The translations under genes were made by a program, and so were the position numbers. From positions 96,001-160,000 of the forward strand of contig OZ252299.1 in NCBI GenBank assembly GCA_965250285.1: a DNA stretch of 64,000 nt, given 5' to 3'. Positions 60,562 to 64,000 of this stretch are shown piece by piece; position 1 is the first letter of the stretch, and every line of letters starts with the position of its first letter. Below the pieces are notes generated by a model. The model saw only the letters and a list, made by a program, of their open reading frames with translations. It was not told the DNA's origin and searched no databases. This DNA comes from Myxococcota bacterium (GTDB lineage Bacteria > Myxococcota_A > UBA9160 > UBA4427).

Positions 60562-61905
60562 GTGGGGTCGAACGGCGTCGCGCCCGCGCGTCCGCTGCAC
60601 CTCGACGCTTCGGCGGGGATGGCGGGCAACATGTTTCTGGGGGCGCTGCTCGATGCGGGCCTCTCGCGCAAGGCGCTCGACGCCGAACTCGCAGCGCTGC
60701 CCCTCGAGTTTCGAATCAAGGTGTCGCGCGTCGAGCGGGGCGGCTTCGCCGCCCGCTACGTCGACGTGGTGATCCCGGGACAGAAGCGTCGCAAGCGCAA
60801 GCAGAAGCCGAAGCGCGACCCCGATCCTGCGTCTTCGCACTCGCACTCGCACTCGCATGAACACACCGATGACGGGCATGCGCACGATCACGCGCACGAC
60901 GAGCACCATCTGAGCCCCCACGGCCATGGTCGCACGTGGCGCGAGATCGAGAAGCTGCTCGGCCGCACGAAGCTGCGGCCGACGGTGCGCGACAAGGCGC
61001 TCGGCATCTTCGAGGGGCTCGCGCGCGCCGAGGCGAGCGTGCACGGCCGGACGCTCGAAACCGTGCACTTTCACGAGGTCGGGATGGTCGACGCCATCGT
61101 CGACGTCACGGCGGCGGCGGCTGGGCTCGAGCTGATGGGGATCGGGCGCGTCACCTGCTCGCCCGTCGGCGTCGGACACGGCTTCGTCGATACCGCGCAC
61201 GGCCGGCTATCGGTGCCGACACCGGCGACCCTCGCGCTGCTCGAGGGCATCCCCACGCAACCGATCGACGTTGCCTGGGAGACGATCACACCGACGGGTG
61301 CAGCGATCCTGCGCGAGCTCGTCGACAGCTTCGTGCCGTGGCCCGGCCTCGTCATGGAGCGGGTCGGGATCGGTGCGGGCCGAGACCGGCCCGGTGCGAC
61401 GCCGAACGTCGTGCGGGCCATCGTCGGCGCCCCGAGTGCGGGTGTGTCGACCGATCGCATCGTGGTGATCGAGACCAACATCGACGATCTCGTGCCCGAG
61501 CACTTCGACTACGCCCTCGAACGCCTCATGGCCGCCGGTGCGGTGGACGTCTCGATCCAACACGTCCAGATGAAGAAGAACCGACCGGGCTTCTTGTTGC
61601 GTGTGCTCTGCCCTCCTGCTGCACGCGACGCGGTGGCCCACACCCTCTTCGCCGAGACCAGCGCGATCGGCCTGCGTCATCAGGAATGGGATCGCATCGT
61701 GCTCGAGCGCACGGTCCGTCGCGTCGATACGCCTTGGGGTCGGATCCGGGTCAAGGAGGTCCGTGCGCCCGACGGGTCGCCGAGCTTCAGCCCCGAGTAC
61801 GACGACTGCCGCAAGGCGGCGAAGAAGTCGGGTGTCGCGTTGCGTGAGATCGTTCGTGAGGCCGAGGCACGTGCGCGTGAGGCGTTCGGGAGAGGGGCGG
61901 CATGA
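60562..61905 (+). CDS. larC: Nickel insertion protein LarC with His-rich insert
   Basis: GMAGNMFLGAL, VHFHEVG, ETNIDD, MKKNRPG, PEYDDC. Confidence 0.93.
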   Translation: MGSNGVAPARPLHLDASAGMAGNMFLGALLDAGLSRKALDAELAALPLEFRIKVSRVERGGFAARYVDVVIPGQKRRKRKQKPKRDPDPASSHSHSHSHEHTDDGHAHDHAHDEHHLSPHGHGRTWREIEKLLGRTKLRPTVRDKALGIFEGLARAEASVHGRTLETVHFHEVGMVDAIVDVTAAAAGLELMGIGRVTCSPVGVGHGFVDTAHGRLSVPTPATLALLEGIPTQPIDVAWETITPTGAAILRELVDSFVPWPGLVMERVGIGAGRDRPGATPNVVRAIVGAPSAGVSTDRIVVIETNIDDLVPEHFDYALERLMAAGAVDVSIQHVQMKKNRPGFLLRVLCPPAARDAVAHTLFAETSAIGLRHQEWDRIVLERTVRRVDTPWGRIRVKEVRAPDGSPSFSPEYDDCRKAAKKSGVALREIVREAEARAREAFGRGAA

Positions 61906-61945
61906 GCGACGGAGCCGTTCGGCGGATCGACGAGAGGGGGCCTGC

Positions 61946-62701
61946 ATGAGCGATGCCGTCGATGCAACGCCTTTCGATCTGGGTCCGAAGGATTCGCCGA
62001 CGGGCGTGCTGCTGATTCACGGGCTGTCCGGGACCCCGTACGAGGTGCGGCCCGTGGCCGATGCGCTCGCCCTCGAAGGTGTGCGGGCCCAGGGCATCGC
62101 ACTGCCAGGGCACTGCACGAGCGCCGAGGATCTCGCGCGCACGCCATACGCGGCCTGGGTCGATGCCGCCCGTGTCGCGCTCGAGGATCTGCGGGATCGG
62201 CACGACCGCGTCGCGCTGGTCGGCATGTCGATGGGGGGGGTCGTGTCGCTGCGCCTCGCCCAGGAGCAGCCGCTCGATGCGATCGTGACGATCGGTGCGC
62301 CCCTCTGGCTCGATGCGCCGATTCGCTGGTTCGTCCCGATCGTCAAGCACTTCATGCCGATGCTCGAGAAGCGCGACGGCTCGGACATCCGCGACGCCGC
62401 CGCGCGGGCGCGCCATCCCGGGTACAAGGTGATGCCGCTCGCGGCCGTCCATGAGCTGCTCAAGCTGCAGAGTGACGTCGCGCCCGGGTTGGGTCGGATC
62501 GAGGCACCGATCCTCGTCGCCCACGGGGCGCACGACCGCACCGCCAACCCGAAGAACGCCCAGCAGATCCACGATGGGGTCTCGAGTGACGTGCGCGCAC
62601 TCGAGATGTACGACGACTCGGGGCACGTCGTGCCGGTCGATCACGACGGGGCGGCGCTCTCGAAGCGCGCGACAGAGTTTCTCGTCGATACCCTGCGTTG
62701 A
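61946..62701 (+). CDS. Alpha/beta hydrolase, carboxylesterase-like
   Basis: LIHGLSGTP, GMSMGG, HD...SGHVV. Confidence 0.9.
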   Translation: MSDAVDATPFDLGPKDSPTGVLLIHGLSGTPYEVRPVADALALEGVRAQGIALPGHCTSAEDLARTPYAAWVDAARVALEDLRDRHDRVALVGMSMGGVVSLRLAQEQPLDAIVTIGAPLWLDAPIRWFVPIVKHFMPMLEKRDGSDIRDAAARARHPGYKVMPLAAVHELLKLQSDVAPGLGRIEAPILVAHGAHDRTANPKNAQQIHDGVSSDVRALEMYDDSGHVVPVDHDGAALSKRATEFLVDTLR

Positions 62702-62726
62702 CGGGCGCCCGACGGGCGGCGGCGCG

Positions 62727-64000
62727 CTAGGCGTGAGCGAAGTCGCTGGGTGCGATGCCGCGCAGGTACTGCAGCAGCACGGGCTCGTGGCCCGAATCGA
62801 ATGCCTGGAATCGCACACCCATGCCCGGCGCGATCGTGCCCGACGCCTCGCGGTGGTAGAGCACCTGGGCCTCGAACGAGATCGAGCGGCCGAGCTCGGG
62901 CAGCGTCATCCGACAGTCGTGGAGGCTGTCGAGCGGCAGCGGGTTGGCGGTCGTGAGGAACAGCCCGCCGCGGCCGAGGGCCGTCGCCATGCTGCCCTGA
63001 CTCGTACCGCCGAGCTGAATCGGCAGCCGGCTCTCGTAGCGCGTGAAGCGCCGCCGTCGCGGCTCGCGAATCAAGTGCTCGATGCGCTGCTCGATGCGCC
63101 GCACGTCGACGGGGTGAACGAGGTAGCCGGCTGCGCCCACTCGCTGGGCCACCTCGCGGCGCCCTTCGTGTCGCGCGGTGTCGACGATGACGACGGGGAT
63201 CTCTTCGACGCCATAGACCTGGCGCAGCGAGAGCACGAAGTCGCTGCCCTCGGAACGACCCAATCTGGCGTCGCAGAGCGCGAGTTCGGGCGAGACGCGG
63301 TCGTAGAGCGCGATGCCCTCCTGCTCGCTGTGGGCGACGTGCACCTCGTAGCCACGCAGGCGCAGCGACTCGATCGTGCTGCGATCGGCTGCGAGCTTCG
63401 GGCCGACCATCAGCACCGGCATCCGGCGACGCGTGTTCAGGGTCGTCGTGAAACGCGGCTCGGCGGCCGGGGCCTCTCCGATGTTCAGCCGTCGTTCCTC
63501 TTCGAGTCGGCGCTCGATGCGGGCGAGCTCCTCCATGCGCGTCGACAGCGCCATCTGGAGCTCGAGGGCCGTGCGGGTCGTGCGGTCGATGCGCGGGGCG
63601 CGGTCTTCGAGGCGCTGCAGCGGCACGCCCGCGAGCGGGCCGGCGCTGGGCAGAATGGCGCGCGCGCGGTCGGCGAGCGTGGCTTTGACGGTGGGGGGAT
63701 CGATCGGAAGCTGGAGCACCGAGCCCTGCTCGGCCGACTCGCAGAGCGTGCCGATGCGGCGAAGCCACTGGCGCGTCGAGTCGAGCTCGCGCACGTGCTG
63801 CTTCCAGGTCAGATGGATCCGAGCCTCGATCGTCGTGACGTCGCGGCAATCGGCGATCCGGATCTGCGGCAGCTGAAAGAGTGCGCGCGGCTGGAGGCAC
63901 TTGATCTTGTCGGGGCCGATGGTCGCGAAGAGCACGTGATCGATCTCGATCGACTCGTCGAGGCCTACGAACGTCTTCGACTGCAATCGAAGGCGCGCGA
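62727..64000 (-). CDS. Receiver plus PilZ domain protein (5' end probably outside window)
   Basis: Atypical receiver (ALCDARL, AGYLVHP), RRRFTRY, GGLFL, GMGVRF; frame open to the window edge. Confidence 0.8.
   Translation of the reverse strand, partial: ARLRLQSKTFVGLDESIEIDHVLFATIGPDKIKCLQPRALFQLPQIRIADCRDVTTIEARIHLTWKQHVRELDSTRQWLRRIGTLCESAEQGSVLQLPIDPPTVKATLADRARAILPSAGPLAGVPLQRLEDRAPRIDRTTRTALELQMALSTRMEELARIERRLEEERRLNIGEAPAAEPRFTTTLNTRRRMPVLMVGPKLAADRSTIESLRLRGYEVHVAHSEQEGIALYDRVSPELALCDARLGRSEGSDFVLSLRQVYGVEEIPVVIVDTARHEGRREVAQRVGAAGYLVHPVDVRRIEQRIEHLIREPRRRRFTRYESRLPIQLGGTSQGSMATALGRGGLFLTTANPLPLDSLHDCRMTLPELGRSISFEAQVLYHREASGTIAPGMGVRFQAFDSGHEPVLLQYLRGIAPSDFAHA

Noticed and set aside
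60830..60930. His-rich low-complexity tract in larC as a novelty
   Set aside because: His-rich inserts are usual in LarC; the frame is intact with no frameshift.

Overview
High-GC bacterial chromosome segment; the PEP-CTERM genes and a dif-like chemosensory cluster suggest a Myxococcota/deltaproteobacterial relative (inference). Most of the window is housekeeping: alkaline phosphatase, PEP-CTERM proteins, kefG-kefB, ggt, M16 peptidase, hemW-hrcA-grpE-dnaK, dnaJ-lpoA-lon-thiL, MCP-cheW-cheY-cheA-cheC and larB-larC. The main accessory feature is a ~16 kb element integrated at the 3' end of tRNA-Phe (49-bp direct repeats at 8481-8529 and 24489-24537, with TGCTTCC arm-type repeats at both ends). 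It has a phage-satellite-like core (tyrosine integrase, two excisionase-type HTHs, conserved hypotheticals, no virion genes) followed by an integron cassette array with no intI. The array has five 131-bp attC sites plus decayed ones, and each intact attC holds an extended -10-like motif. Cargo includes TIR-domain and DUF4238 candidate defence genes and a SEC-C mini-gene broken at two Arg-Phe(TTT) sites. Two recoding signals lie outside the island: a dnaX-like -1 frameshift signal splitting cheA after its Hpt domain, and a UGA plus SECIS-like hairpin in a stand-alone GrdB-like gene. All calls are from visual motif reading; no searches were run.
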